Positions 49,273 to 60,166 of a DNA stretch of 64,000 nucleotides are shown here, in pieces; position 1 is the stretch's first letter, and every line of letters begins with the position of its first letter. Under the pieces are notes generated by a model, which did no database searches, had not been told where the DNA came from, and saw nothing but the letters and a program-made list of their open reading frames with translations. Source of the DNA: Candidatus Latescibacterota bacterium (GTDB lineage Bacteria > Latescibacterota > UBA2968 > GCA-2709665); contig OZ242358.1 of assembly GCA_965208835.1 (NCBI GenBank), forward strand, positions 4,352,001 through 4,416,000, read 5' to 3'. The position numbers were made by a program, and so were the translations under genes.

Positions 49273-50328
49273 ATGTCGTTCATCAGAAAGAAACATACGC
49301 TCACAAGCCTGGCGCGGACCTGCGGGTGAGCGGCCAAAATCAGTCCGGTCGGACTGAAGAAACTCCTGGACGGCCTGCCTCAAAACACCGACCCGAATCT
49401 GATGGTGGGATTTCAGTCCAGCGACGACGCCGGTGTCTACCGGATGGACGACGAGACTGCCCTGGTACTCACGGCGGATTTCATCACGCCTCCGGTCGAC
49501 GACCCGTACGTTTTCGGACAGATCGGCGCGGCCAACGCCCTCAGCGACGTCTACGCCATGGGCGGACGGCCCATCGCGTGCCTGAACCTGATCGGATTTC
49601 CATCCCGGCGGCTCGGGCCGGAGGTCCTGGAGGGCATCGTCGAGGGCGCCCTGAGCAAGATTACGGAAGCGGGCGCTGTACTGGCGGGCGGGCACACGAC
49701 CGACGACGAGGAACCCAAGTTCGGCCTGTCTGTGACCGGTGTCGTGCACCCTGAAGAATACTGGCACAACGCCGGGGCCCGTCCGGACGACCTGCTCATC
49801 CTGACCAAGCCCATAGGCAGCGGCGTGCTGTTTAACGCCAACCTAAAGGGATGGGTTTCGGACGCGGCGCTCAAGGATTGCCTGGACACCACGTCGGCCC
49901 TCAACAAAACCTCGGTTGACGTGATGGCGGGGTTTGACATTCACGCGGCGACAGACGTCACCGGCTTCGGCCTGGCCGGCCACGCCCTCGAAATCGCGAG
50001 GGGTTCCGGGCTCACCCTGGAGATCTCGGCGGCAGACGTCCCGGTGATGCCGGAAGCCCTGGAAATGTACGAGAAGGGCGTTGGCACCGGCGCCAACGCC
50101 GCCAACCGGGAACTCATCCGTGACGCGACCCGGTTTGACGCGGCCCTGCCTGAACGGCACGACGAGATATTCGTCGATCCCCAGACCAGCGGCGGTTTAC
50201 TGGTCTCGGTTTCTCCCGACCAGGGACGAAACCTCCTGACTGCCCTGCACGACGCCGGAGAGCGTTGGGCACGTATCATCGGTTCCGCAAAGCCGCTCGA
50301 CGGGAGCGCGCAGATCATCTTTGCCTAA
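49273..50328 (+). CDS. selD: Selenide, water dikinase (selenophosphate synthetase), selenocysteine-containing
   Basis: MSFIRKKHTLTSLARTCG-UGA-AAKISP is in frame with the 49402 ORF; DDAGVY, ANALSDVYAMGG, TDVTGFGL.GH, DPQTSGGLL. Confidence 0.93.
49340..49357 (+). promoter_or_regulatory. Bacterial SECIS hairpin
   Basis: TCAGTCC-GGTC-GGACTGA begins 11 nt after the UGA at 49327-49329; G at the start of the apical loop. Confidence 0.8.
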
Positions 50329-50491
50329 CAGTCCGCTGATAAAGTCGCTCTGCAGGCAAGGCCGAGCCATTGTGGCCGAAGACAAGGCGCGCGACCGAGT
50401 CCCATCTTGCGATTCGGCGAGGGAGCGCAACGCAGTATTTCGACCGCAAGGGCCGGCCGTAGCCCGGATGGACTTTATCAACGGGCTGCTA
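50326..50491. mobile_element. MITE-like element, 166 bp
   Basis: Ends TAACAGTCCGCTGATAAAGTC and GACTTTATCAACGGGCTGCTA are inverted repeats (18/21), bounded by TA. Confidence 0.7.
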
Positions 50492-50551
50492 AGTGTTCTG
50501 TCCCAAAAAAATCTCACCATTCAGGCAACCTGTTTCCGGGACAGAACACTA
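50492..50551. repeat. Second miniature inverted-repeat element, 60 bp
   Basis: AGTGTTCTGTCCC (50492-50504) / GGGACAGAACACT (50538-50550), perfect 13-bp IR. Confidence 0.6.
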
Positions 50552-51568
50552 GCGGCCGACCGCGCTTTCCGCCACGCTAAGCCCGGGACACCGCGTCAGC
50601 ACCATCTCTCCCACCCTGCCCACCGCCTGCTTCACCCCCCAGGTGGGCCGCGGCTGTCCGATCGGAGACAGCTTGATCAACACCCTGTTTCCGGGACGCG
50701 CCAGCACCAAGACGCCGAAGTGCTGTGAAAATGCGCCCTCTTTGACCAGCGCCTCCACCAGACAGTCCCCGTTCCTGTCGGTGTAGAGGGCCGCCAGTTT
50801 GATCACCACCGTGACCCCGCGATGTTCCGTCTGCCACGAACAGGCTTCAAAATCCGCCGGCAACCGGTCACGATCGTACTTGCCCTTAAGCAGCATATTC
50901 GGCATCGGTCCAACCTTTTCAACGGCTCTTGCCTTGGCGCCGCCTGCTTTTCGCCGCCAGACGAAATAACGGACGGACGCCCCTGCATCCAGGGCCTTTC
51001 GTTCATACTTGGTGGGCTTCCTACCGTGTATCCTGCACACCGACGGCGTCTGGAAGCCGGATCGCAGAAGCGGTTGCGATCCCAGAATTTCCGAAATCCA
51101 CGACGCGTATCCACCGTGGTCCGTCGCCACGGTTACCGTGCCGCCGGGCGCCAGCCGTTCCGCGAGCACCTGGATGAATCCCGGCTGGATCAGGCGCCTG
51201 CCGTGATGCCGCTCCTTGGGCCAGGGATCCGGGAAGTTAATATAAACCTGCGCGAGGCTTTCCGCCGAAAAGAGACGTTCCAGCACAAAATCCGCCCCTC
51301 CATGGACCACACGCACATTCTCCGGCCCGCCCCGATCCAACCGCCTGAACAACCGCTGAACCGACACCCACGATCGTTCGATTCCTATGAAATCCATCTC
51401 AGGATACGCACGGGCCCGGTCCACCAGAAACTCGCCGGTGCCGAAGCCGACTTCCACGACCAGCGGGCCCGAACGGCCGAAGACCTTCCCCCAGTCAACC
51501 GGCCAGTCCACCCTTGTCCAGGATACCGTGTAATTCAGGATGGCTTCGCTAAGCGGCCTGGCAGCCAT
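50549..51568 (-). CDS. trmB: tRNA (guanine-N7)-methyltransferase with C-terminal extension
   Basis: VEVGFGTGEF, GIE, INFPDPWPKERH..RRL, VATD...Y, TKYERK. Confidence 0.92.
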   Translation of the reverse strand: MAARPLSEAILNYTVSWTRVDWPVDWGKVFGRSGPLVVEVGFGTGEFLVDRARAYPEMDFIGIERSWVSVQRLFRRLDRGGPENVRVVHGGADFVLERLFSAESLAQVYINFPDPWPKERHHGRRLIQPGFIQVLAERLAPGGTVTVATDHGGYASWISEILGSQPLLRSGFQTPSVCRIHGRKPTKYERKALDAGASVRYFVWRRKAGGAKARAVEKVGPMPNMLLKGKYDRDRLPADFEACSWQTEHRGVTVVIKLAALYTDRNGDCLVEALVKEGAFSQHFGVLVLARPGNRVLIKLSPIGQPRPTWGVKQAVGRVGEMVLTRCPGLSVAESAVGR

Positions 51569-51604
51569 GACACCGCTCCATGGGGAACAAACACACTGTC
51601 GAAT

Positions 51605-52351
51605 TCATCCTCGCCGGCGGCGCCAGGCAGCCAATTCTTCTCTCAGAGGCGCCCAATACCGACGGTCCAGCTTACGTTCGCAATCTTCTTCGTGGCGCAA
51701 CTGAATGTCGACGTCCGTACGACGTCCTTCCAAAACACATCCTAAGAGCGGTCGGCAATCCACCATATCACGGGCTAAATCAGGATATTTGCTCACAATC
51801 TCCTGAAGGATGTCCAGCGTCCTGCATTCTGCGAGCCAGAAACGCACGTCATCTTCAGTTGCCTCGGTATGACGCTGAAAGTAGTCGGCCTCGATCAGGC
51901 GGCGGATCATTGGCCAGTCTTTGTCACGCTGCGTTTTTTTTGCGCGAACCAGATCCTCCAACGCCATCACCGGTACGGTACAAACCCCGGGAAGTACAAT
52001 CTCCATACGACGATTCCACAACACGTCGAAGTTCGCCAAGCCTCTGAGTTTACCCATTACATCGATTCGAAGACCTTCGACACCAGGAGCGCCACACCTG
52101 AAGTGGCAGGCATGTCCCCGTACGAGCACTTCCCGGCTTAATTCAGGCACGTACGTTGTTTCGGCCTGCAGGTGATCAAGAACAGCCTTCAGGTGATTCA
52201 GATTATCTGCCGATGCCAGTATCGCCAGATCGATGTCTCGACTGAACTCCGCCGCTCCGTAGAGGATACAGGCTTGACCGCCCATCAGCAACGCTCGGAC
52301 TCTGGAACCGAATATCGTGGAAAGGGCTTTGGGTATCGGGCTCAGGTTCAA
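51605..52351 (-). CDS. Nucleotidyltransferase-fold protein, putative toxin-antitoxin component
   Basis: LLMGGQA..LYG...FSRDIDL, RIDVM, LV.AKKTQRDKD; TTG start after RBS GGAGGTG. Confidence 0.7.
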   Translation of the reverse strand: MNLSPIPKALSTIFGSRVRALLMGGQACILYGAAEFSRDIDLAILASADNLNHLKAVLDHLQAETTYVPELSREVLVRGHACHFRCGAPGVEGLRIDVMGKLRGLANFDVLWNRRMEIVLPGVCTVPVMALEDLVRAKKTQRDKDWPMIRRLIEADYFQRHTEATEDDVRFWLAECRTLDILQEIVSKYPDLARDMVDCRPLLGCVLEGRRTDVDIQLRHEEDCERKLDRRYWAPLREELAAWRRRRG

Positions 52352-52454
52352 AGTCACCTCCAAAGAGCAGGAATGTCTCCCACAGTTTCTGCGACTCAAC
52401 GAAACGCTCCGCGGGAGAACGAGCGTACCAATCCCTGACTTCACCTTCGTACAT
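52203..52454 (-). CDS. Small protein overlapping the nucleotidyltransferase gene, putative partner
   Basis: 83 aa, WY..SPAERF.ES.KLW..F...GG..EPEPD.QSPF; overlaps the next gene by 149 nt. Confidence 0.55.
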   Translation of the reverse strand: MYEGEVRDWYARSPAERFVESQKLWETFLLFGGDFEPEPDTQSPFHDIRFQSPSVADGRSSLYPLRSGGVQSRHRSGDTGIGR

Positions 52455-52865
52455 GGCGTCGTGTTCCTGAGATTATCAGTTGGAACAGATTGCGTTAATT
52501 ACAACAAGGGGCGTTCCGGATTACCACACCCGGGAGCGGAATCGCCGCCCCGTTGAATTTAGGGGATATGACAACCCGAATCAAGAGGCGCGTTCCGCCG
52601 ATGCCGACGCCGCGAAAAATCATTGACATCGGAATTCTCGCGTTGCATGTTTTGTCCGACGTGAGCGTTCTGGATAGAAGATGAATAAAATCAATTAGAT
52701 AGGGAATTCATTAAGTTCCACTGACGCCTGTCGCCGGCGAGTCCGGATGGCCGTTCGCAATGGCAGGCGGCCCGCTCACGGGGATACGATCGTCGAGCGC
52801 TGGCGACGGTCCGGATCGCCGCCGCGGATTTCGAAGGGCGAAGATTTTCCAGGGGAGGTATTGCG

Positions 52866-53504
52866 ATGAGGGTATTGATTTTGTCGGGTGAGAATCACGG
52901 CTTCGATCAGAGCGCCGGAATGATCCATGGGTTTCTGGACGCCCAGCCCGAACTGTCGGCGGAACTGTGTACGGACAAGGACCTGCTGACGAGCGGGATG
53001 GATCAATATGACGTCTGCGTGTTCGGAACGGGGTTCACGCGCACCGTCAAGCGGGAGGACGGTTCGATTGCCCGCGAATCGGACCTGACGCCCGCCCAGG
53101 AGGACGGCCTCTTCGGGTTTGTCGCCGGCGGCAAGGGACTCGTGGGGATTCACGGAACGGGATGGTGGATCGGCGGGCGGGCGGCGGATCTGCTGGGCGG
53201 GCATGCCAATTGGCATCCGCCCGGGTTGACGTTTACCGTACGGGTGGATGACGCGGACCATCCCGTGATGGAGGGCATCGAAGATTTCGAGGTGGACGAC
53301 GAGATTTACATTTCGGCGTACGAACCTCAGCTGCGAATTCTCGCGTCCGCGCAATGGCATGGCGGGACATTTCCCGTCGCGTGGGTGAAAGCGTACGGAT
53401 CGGGTCGGGTCTTCTACACGGCGCTCGGCCACGGCCCGGGGACGTTCGCGAGGCCTCCGGTACAGGCCATGCTTTGCCAGGGCGTGCGCTGGGCCGCAGG
53501 TTGA
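52866..53504 (+). CDS. ThuA-like (class I glutamine amidotransferase fold) protein
   Basis: LILSG..H, GKGLVGIH, HPVMEG, DE.Y, GRVFYTALGH. Confidence 0.88.
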   Translation: MRVLILSGENHGFDQSAGMIHGFLDAQPELSAELCTDKDLLTSGMDQYDVCVFGTGFTRTVKREDGSIARESDLTPAQEDGLFGFVAGGKGLVGIHGTGWWIGGRAADLLGGHANWHPPGLTFTVRVDDADHPVMEGIEDFEVDDEIYISAYEPQLRILASAQWHGGTFPVAWVKAYGSGRVFYTALGHGPGTFARPPVQAMLCQGVRWAAG

Positions 53505-53585
53505 ACGGCAGACGGCGCGGAGCCGGACTTAGACAATCGAAGACACCGTTGACGACACAGAGTGTCGGGGCAAGGAGGGACCGAG

Positions 53586-54371
53586 ATGCTGGAGTTGAAT
53601 CTGTCGGGCAAGGTGGCTCTGGTGACAGGGGCCAGTGAGGGCATCGGAAAAGGGATCGCCCTGAAGTTGGCCGGAGAGGGATGCCGGGTTGCGATGTGCG
53701 CGCGGCGTCAGGACGTTCTGGCGGATGCGGCGGAGGCCATCAGGTCGGAATCCGGCGCCGAAATACTCGCGGTGGCTGCGGATGTCGCGCTTGCCGCGGA
53801 TGTGGAACGGTTCGTAAATGACGCCGTGTCAGAATTCGGTGGTATCGATATCCTGGTCAACAACGCGGGACGTTCGGAAGGCCATCACTTCGAGGATACA
53901 ACCGAGTCGGTCTGGCATGGAGACTTCGATTTAAAGTTCTGGGCCGCGGTACGCAGTTCCCGGCTGGCCGTTCCGCAAATGAAGGCGCGCGGCGGGGGCA
54001 GCATCGTGAATATTACGCATCCGGGGGGCAAGGCGCCGGGACCGGGCTCCGTGCCCACGTCGGTGAGCCGCGCGGCGGGAATCGCATTGAGCAAGGCCAT
54101 GTCCAAGGACCTGGCACAGCATCGGATTCGCGTGAATACCGTGTGCCTGACGAATATCAAATCCGCGCAGGGCGTGCGGGCGTGGCGGGCGTCCGGCAGC
54201 GACATGGATTTCGATGCCTGGTGTGAAGAAGCCGGAAAAGACGTACCGCTGGGGAGGATGGGCGAACCCGGAGAGGTGGCCGATCTGGTCGCGTTTCTGG
54301 TGTCCGAAAGGGGCGCCTTCATGACCGGCGCCGCGATCAACTTCGATGGCGGGTCGGGTGAGACTGTCTAA
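53586..54371 (+). CDS. SDR-family oxidoreductase
   Basis: VTGASEGIG, DILVNNAG, IRVN, PLGR.G.P.EVA, DGG. Confidence 0.9.
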   Translation: MLELNLSGKVALVTGASEGIGKGIALKLAGEGCRVAMCARRQDVLADAAEAIRSESGAEILAVAADVALAADVERFVNDAVSEFGGIDILVNNAGRSEGHHFEDTTESVWHGDFDLKFWAAVRSSRLAVPQMKARGGGSIVNITHPGGKAPGPGSVPTSVSRAAGIALSKAMSKDLAQHRIRVNTVCLTNIKSAQGVRAWRASGSDMDFDAWCEEAGKDVPLGRMGEPGEVADLVAFLVSERGAFMTGAAINFDGGSGETV

Positions 54372-54616
54372 ACCGGACTATATCGCCAGTTGATGCTCCG
54401 CCGGGAGCCGACGATCCGCGGCTGTGAACGCGCATTCCAGTTGGTCGTGATCCAGACTGTAAGACAATTGCAAACGATCCCGGAAAAGACAAGGGGCGGT
54501 GCTGCATCCGAGCACATCGTCCCTTTTTTGTAAATTCGACGAAAGTCCCGACGTCCCCGCTTCATCTGTTCATCCCACTTCCTTTTCTCCCGCCACCGGA
54601 TCCGTCTGGATTCCCG

Positions 54617-54751
54617 CCTGCTCGACGCGACCCCATGAAGTACTGCCTCCATCTCCACGCTTTGGCTGATGTTCCAGCTTGCTTCGAACAGCCTGGACGG
54701 GCGCTCCCTCAGCGTCCTGTTTTCGGTTTCCTGCTCCTGTCTCGTCCGCAT
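54617..54751 (-). pseudogene. 5' remnant of a paralog of the hybrid sensor kinase
   Basis: MRTRQEQETENRTLRERPSRLFEASWNISQSVE matches [33 protein letters not shown] at 59915; similarity ends after about 45 codons. Confidence 0.8.
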
Positions 54752-54882
54752 TACCCCTCTCCCTGAACGCTGTGTCTACCCCAGGTAACGTCATTTCCGG
54801 TACCCTCTTCGTGCACGGTTCCGCAATCCTGCCGCGGGGGTCGGTTTTGGAATAAAAGGAAAAAACGCCGCAAAGCGGTCAA

Positions 54883-54947
54883 GACACCTAAAAAACACAC
54901 AAATAGCCCAACTCGACACAGCGACAACACATCTAATTTGCTATATT
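54883..54947 (+). promoter_or_regulatory. Four RACAC boxes (spacing 11/21/11) plus -10 TATATT, copy 1
   Basis: Boxes at 54883, 54894, 54915, 54926; -10 at 54942. Confidence 0.65.
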
Positions 54948-55200
54948 AGCCCCAAATAGTACATGGGAAAGCCGGCCGAATCGACGACCGACCTTGTGAC
55001 AGCCGAGGAAGGGGTGACAACGGGGACCTGCATAGTGACGGTAATCTGTGAGGGTGGACCGTAACCAGGGTGGTTATCCGGCTGAAACTGTGTCTACCCA
55101 CGCCACAAGCGCCCAGACCCTTTCGTGTCCAGGTAAGGGCCCTCAAAGCAAGCATTCGGTTGAATACAATCGATGTTACTTGTCGGGAGGGAAATTGAAA

Positions 55201-57257
55201 ATGAACAGGACAGCACGTCACTATGTCGCCCAGTTGCTGCTGCTGGCGATGTGTCATTTCGTAATATTCTGCATTTGTTATGTCGGCCACGCATCATCCC
55301 CTCCAGCCGGCAGCGTCCATTTCCCACTGCCTGTCGATCCCGAACAGCGGCAGTACGATGATCCCCGGCCCGCCGGAAAATTGGCGGCGGACCTTAACGT
55401 GGGTGAACCACGTACCGTAGGCAGTGGGAAATGGACGCTGCCGGGCGGATGATCTACTTCCTACCTAAGGACAAGCAAGCCCAGCCAGATGTAGACGCGA
55501 CGTTCGATACTTTGATGAAAGTCGTACAACAATCCTACGCCGAGCATATGGAATACCACGGATTCGGAAGGAAAACCTTCCGATTTGAAACCGGCGCCAA
55601 TGGAAAGGCCCTGGTACATCACGTGAAGGGGAAATTCAGCGATATGCACTACCATGCTGACGCGTTCCGCAAAGTCGAGGAAGAAGTGATTGGACGTTTT
55701 GATCTGGAACGAAACATCTACCTGGTATCCCTGGATGTAAGTAACAGCCAGGGGTGCGGATGGGGCTTACGTCATGGGCCCGAAAGTGGAATGGTAGTTA
55801 TACCCGTCACGTTTTTCAAGAATGAGCATGCCTGGAATTGTGGTAATGTTGCCCTTATTGCCCATGAACTAGGGCATGCTTTTGGGTTGTCGCACGATTC
55901 CTTCAGGAATGCCACTCGTAGCCCGTCGTCGTATCATACCGACTGGATGGTTGCATCTTTTGCCGCGGCCGAGTGGTTGGACGTCCACCGCTATTTCAAC
56001 GTCGGCCAGAGCTATCCTGAAAGAGATGAACCAACCACGATTAAGATGCTTCCACCGAGCGCCGTTCCGCCGAGGGCTATTCGGGTCCGTTTTGAGGTAT
56101 CCGATCCCGATGGACTCCATCAAGTGCAATTGTTCAACAGCACCGGCGAGGTCATTGATTTTCGAGGGGTTAAGGGCAAGAACGGTACGGTTGATTTTGT
56201 CACTCAAGAAGTGACCGAAGCCCCTGGCAATAAGGTGGAACTCCGTGTTATCGATGTATATGGCAACGTCGGGAGTAACCGCGATCCAATCGATATTCTG
56301 GCTCTGCTCACCCATGAAGGCGTGTCGATCCCCGATGAAAATTTGGCCGCGGTGGTGCGGCAAACTCTCGACTTGGCGCCGGGGGAAACCGTGACACAGC
56401 TAAGAATGTTGAGATTGAGGAGACTTGATGCCACCTCTCGTCAGATCACAGACCTTGCCGGGCTTGAACATGCGGTTAATCTCATAGACTTGGCTCTCGG
56501 CGACAATCAGGCGCGCGGCGTCACACCTTTAGCTGGATTGATCATCCTGAAAAAATTGGCCCTTTGGAACAACCGCATATCCGATATACGACCGCTGATG
56601 CGGATGAACTCTCTGGAACGATTGTGGTTGATCGGAAACTCGGTATCCGATCTCTCCCCTTGTGCGGGATTGACCGGTTTGAAGGTGATTCATCTCCGCG
56701 GGAATCCGATTGCGGATAAGAAGCCGCTATATGGATTACTGCGGCGGAATCCGTTCCTGGAAATTGATATTGAACTTGATATTCTAACACTGGAAATCAT
56801 CTCCGGCGACGGTCAGGAGGGGGTGCCCGGCGCCGCGCTCGCTGACTCTATGGTCGTTCAGGTACGGGATCAGTTGGGCGAGCCCCTGGGGGATGTTGTA
56901 GTGACCTTTACCGTCACTGCCGGCGGCGGGACGCTCTCGGATACCACCGTCACGACAGATGCCGATGGCCGCGCCAGTACCACACTGACTCTGGGCCGCA
57001 CTCCGGGGACCAACACCGTTGTTGTGACTTTAGCCAATCTCAAGCCTGTCATCTTTGCAGCCACCGTCAGGGTTCACGCCGACTTCAACGGCGACGGGGC
57101 GGTGGGCTTTCCAGACTTTCTGCAATTCGCGGCACACTTCGGACTAAGTCGCGGCGACGAAGGGTATAACGCGCGGTTCGACCTTGACGAGAACGGTGCC
57201 ATCGGGTTCAGTGACTTTGTGATCTTCGCCGGGGCGTTTGGCAAAAGCACCTCATGA
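55201..57257 (+). pseudogene. Secreted metzincin-LRR-Ig(Big_1)-EF-hand/dockerin-like protein, frameshifted by a 26-nt insertion
   Basis: Signal peptide; HELGHAFGLSH; internalin-like LRRs; ISGDGQ Ig domain; DFNGDGAVGFPDFLQFA. Removing 55419-55444 fuses the two ORFs. Confidence 0.8.
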
Positions 57258-57545
57258 ACCGGATGATCCTACCATGAAATCGCCCGTTCATTATGCTGTT
57301 TTGTTCGTGTCGCTCGGCCTCTTCGTCCGGACGCTCTCCGCGGGCTATGCATCTGCCACGGCCAGCAGGACCGTCTGCGGGTGGCGGGCGGGAGTTCAAG
57401 CGCAGTAAATCGACCTCGTCAAGAGCATCGGGCGATGGCAGCATCCATCGCCTCATTTGCTATTTTCCGACCAATCGCGTCTTCACTATCCCTGCTTACA
57501 ATATCACCTGGTCTCAATCTCCGAATGCTCAAGTCTTTCGTCCAC

Positions 57546-59915
57546 CTACTCGACTCGACCCAGGCGATAGCCGACGCCAGGTACATTGCATATGTACTGG
57601 GGGCCGTCCGCGCTGTCGCCCAATTTGCGGCGGAGGTTCTTGACGGCGGTGCGCAGCGGTTGCGTATTGGCAAAACGCTCGGTGCGCCAAACCCGCCTGA
57701 GCAGTTGTTTATGTGTCATTATGCTCCCGGCATTGATGGCGAGTTCAGCAAGCAGCCGGTATTCGATATCGGTTGCCGGCACCGGCCGTCCTGCAAGGGA
57801 CACTTTGCGCTTCACGAAGTCGATCTCCATTTCACCCATGGCGAAGGGCTCGGTTGGCAACGCCGTGCCGGGCGCCACCTGCTTGCGCAGGGCTGCCCGA
57901 ATTCTCGCCGCCAGTTCTGACGGCGAAAGTGGCTTGACCATATAGTCGTCGGCACCGGCGTCGAAAGCCCGTACGATCGCTTCCTCGTGCCCATAGGCCG
58001 AAATGAAAATGACCGGCACATCATACACTTCGAGTATGTCCTCCATCACGTGGACCCCATCGGTGCCCGCGAGCACGAGGTCCAACAATACCAGAGCGGG
58101 ACGGTACTCTTCCATGAGTTCCGGTACGTCATTGGGGTCGCTGGTTACAAATGGCGTGTATCCCGCATTCGAAAGGGCTTCCCGGATGACAAGCAACGTC
58201 CTGGGATCGTCGTCCACGACCAGGATTGGCGTCGGAAGCTGTACGTCGTGCTGACGGATGTCGTCTGTCTCTGTCGATCCTGCTTCCTCCGCGATGGGAA
58301 CGGTAAACGTGAACCGGGCGCCTTTGCCCAACCCTTCGCTTTCTGCACGTATGCGTCCGCCGTGTGCTTCAACGATGCCCTTGCATATGGCCAGCCCCCA
58401 GCCCGTACCTGCATCATCTCCGGAGAAATCCTCCACCTCAATGCGTGGAAACTTCCGGAACAGGTTTGGAAGGTGCTCTTCGGGCACACCCCGGCCCTTG
58501 TCCGAGACGGAAACCGCGACGTCGAGATCCTCTATCACGGCGGATACAAGTATCGGTGAATTCTCTGGCGAATTCTGGGCCGCGTTGACGAGTAGGTTTT
58601 CCAGCACCTGAACGATGCGTCTGATGTCCGCCATCACCCGAGGCAGCCCGGGCGCCATCTCAATTCGGATGTCGCTGGCAAGCCCACCCGTAAGAAGGGT
58701 GTTCCGGGCTTGATCCACCAGGTCCGCTATCGACGTGGATTCGGGATTGACCTGAAGCGTCCCCGTCGAGATCCGTGCAACGTCATGCAGGTCGGCGATC
58801 AGCGCGTTCATGCGTTCTGAGTGATCATTTATGATGCGGAAGAGCTGGACGATCTCAGCCACACTCAATGTGGAAGTATCCGCCAGGCCTGACGTGACAG
58901 ATCCCCTGATGGCGTTCAACGGCGCCCGCAGTTCGTGGCTGACCATGGCAAGAAACTCGGCGCGCAACCGTTCGACTTCCTCGAGATGCGTCATGTCCTG
59001 CAACGTCACGACAAAGGACTCGACGTCGCCGGCTCCGGAGCGAATGGGTGTGGCGTTGACCAGGGCGGTTACACTCCGTCCGTTCGGGACCTTGAAGACG
59101 ACCTCCTCCGCCCGCACCGTCTCACCGGTGCTGAGCGCCTGTGATAAAGAGAGCTTCTGAAGGGATACCTCCCGGCCGTCGGCTCTCCGGATCGTCATGA
59201 CTTCCAGGAGTTGCTCGGTTGTACCGTCCTCGTCGCGAAGGTCATCGAGGATTCGCGCCGCCTCGCGGTTGAAAAGCACCGGCTTTCCGGTTCTTGTATC
59301 GAAGACGGCGACACCCACCGGCGAGGTATTGATCAGGGCCTCCAGGTCAGCCCGTGTCCGCTTCTCGTCACGGTATCGACGGGCGTTTGCGATTACGAGC
59401 GCCGCCTGAGACGCAAACATCACCAGGGTCTCTTCGTCTTCCGCGTTGAACCTGCGGCCGCCTTCTTTTTCCGACACGAAAAAGGTACCGACGTTCTTCC
59501 CCTGGTGGCGAATCGGTGCGGCCATAAACGTCAGCACCCGGCTCATTGGCGCCGGGGGGTCGAACTTCGGAAGCCCAAGCGCACGCGTATGGGCGTGAAA
59601 GTCGTGCAGCCTCAGCGGCGCCTGAATACTGCTGAAATACTCGAAGAGACGGGCGCCGTCACCGAAGTTGAACAGTTTCCGGGTCTCTTCGGCCGTCATT
59701 CCTGAGGTAAGGTGGTCCTCCGCCTTCCCTTCGTCGTTCAGCAGCGTGATCAACCCGTATTTGGCGTCGGTCAGAAACCTGCCGCTATCCACGACCCCCT
59801 GCAGTACTTCGTCGAATTCCAGGCTCTCGTTGATGTGCCGGCTTGCTTCGTACATCCGGGACAGCCGCTCCCTCAGCGCGCTGTTCTCTGTTTCGTACAC
59901 CTGTCTCGTCCGCAT
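57546..59915 (-). CDS. Soluble hybrid kinase-regulator GAF-PAS-HisKA-HATPase-REC-OmpR wHTH
   Basis: [56 protein letters not shown]; no TM helix. Confidence 0.9.
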   Translation of the reverse strand: MRTRQVYETENSALRERLSRMYEASRHINESLEFDEVLQGVVDSGRFLTDAKYGLITLLNDEGKAEDHLTSGMTAEETRKLFNFGDGARLFEYFSSIQAPLRLHDFHAHTRALGLPKFDPPAPMSRVLTFMAAPIRHQGKNVGTFFVSEKEGGRRFNAEDEETLVMFASQAALVIANARRYRDEKRTRADLEALINTSPVGVAVFDTRTGKPVLFNREAARILDDLRDEDGTTEQLLEVMTIRRADGREVSLQKLSLSQALSTGETVRAEEVVFKVPNGRSVTALVNATPIRSGAGDVESFVVTLQDMTHLEEVERLRAEFLAMVSHELRAPLNAIRGSVTSGLADTSTLSVAEIVQLFRIINDHSERMNALIADLHDVARISTGTLQVNPESTSIADLVDQARNTLLTGGLASDIRIEMAPGLPRVMADIRRIVQVLENLLVNAAQNSPENSPILVSAVIEDLDVAVSVSDKGRGVPEEHLPNLFRKFPRIEVEDFSGDDAGTGWGLAICKGIVEAHGGRIRAESEGLGKGARFTFTVPIAEEAGSTETDDIRQHDVQLPTPILVVDDDPRTLLVIREALSNAGYTPFVTSDPNDVPELMEEYRPALVLLDLVLAGTDGVHVMEDILEVYDVPVIFISAYGHEEAIVRAFDAGADDYMVKPLSPSELAARIRAALRKQVAPGTALPTEPFAMGEMEIDFVKRKVSLAGRPVPATDIEYRLLAELAINAGSIMTHKQLLRRVWRTERFANTQPLRTAVKNLRRKLGDSADGPQYICNVPGVGYRLGRVE

Positions 59916-60045
59916 TGCGCATCTCCCTGAAGGCGCTGTCGGTGCCACACGATTATATTCTCGGTACCCTCTTCCTGCTCGATTCAGCAATCCTGCCGAA
60001 TTGTCAGTTTGGAATATAAGAAAAAAAGTGCCATTAAATGAAATG

Positions 60046-60110
60046 AACACAAAAAAAACACGCAAAAGGGACATATTGGCACAGCGTCGACACATCGATT
60101 TCGATAAATT
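60046..60110 (+). promoter_or_regulatory. Four RACAC-like boxes (spacing 11/21/11) plus -10 TAAATT, copy 2
   Basis: Boxes at 60046, 60057, 60078 (GGCAC), 60089; -10 at 60105. Confidence 0.65.
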
Positions 60111-60166
60111 GGACCGCTCCATCTATCCGCATTAACACTAACCTGCCGGAGCAAGGATCGCACTCT

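Noticed and set aside
55333-55418. Invertible phase-variation switch between the 26-bp inverted repeats
   Set aside because: Inversion would not change the length, so the frame would stay broken, and no invertase is nearby.
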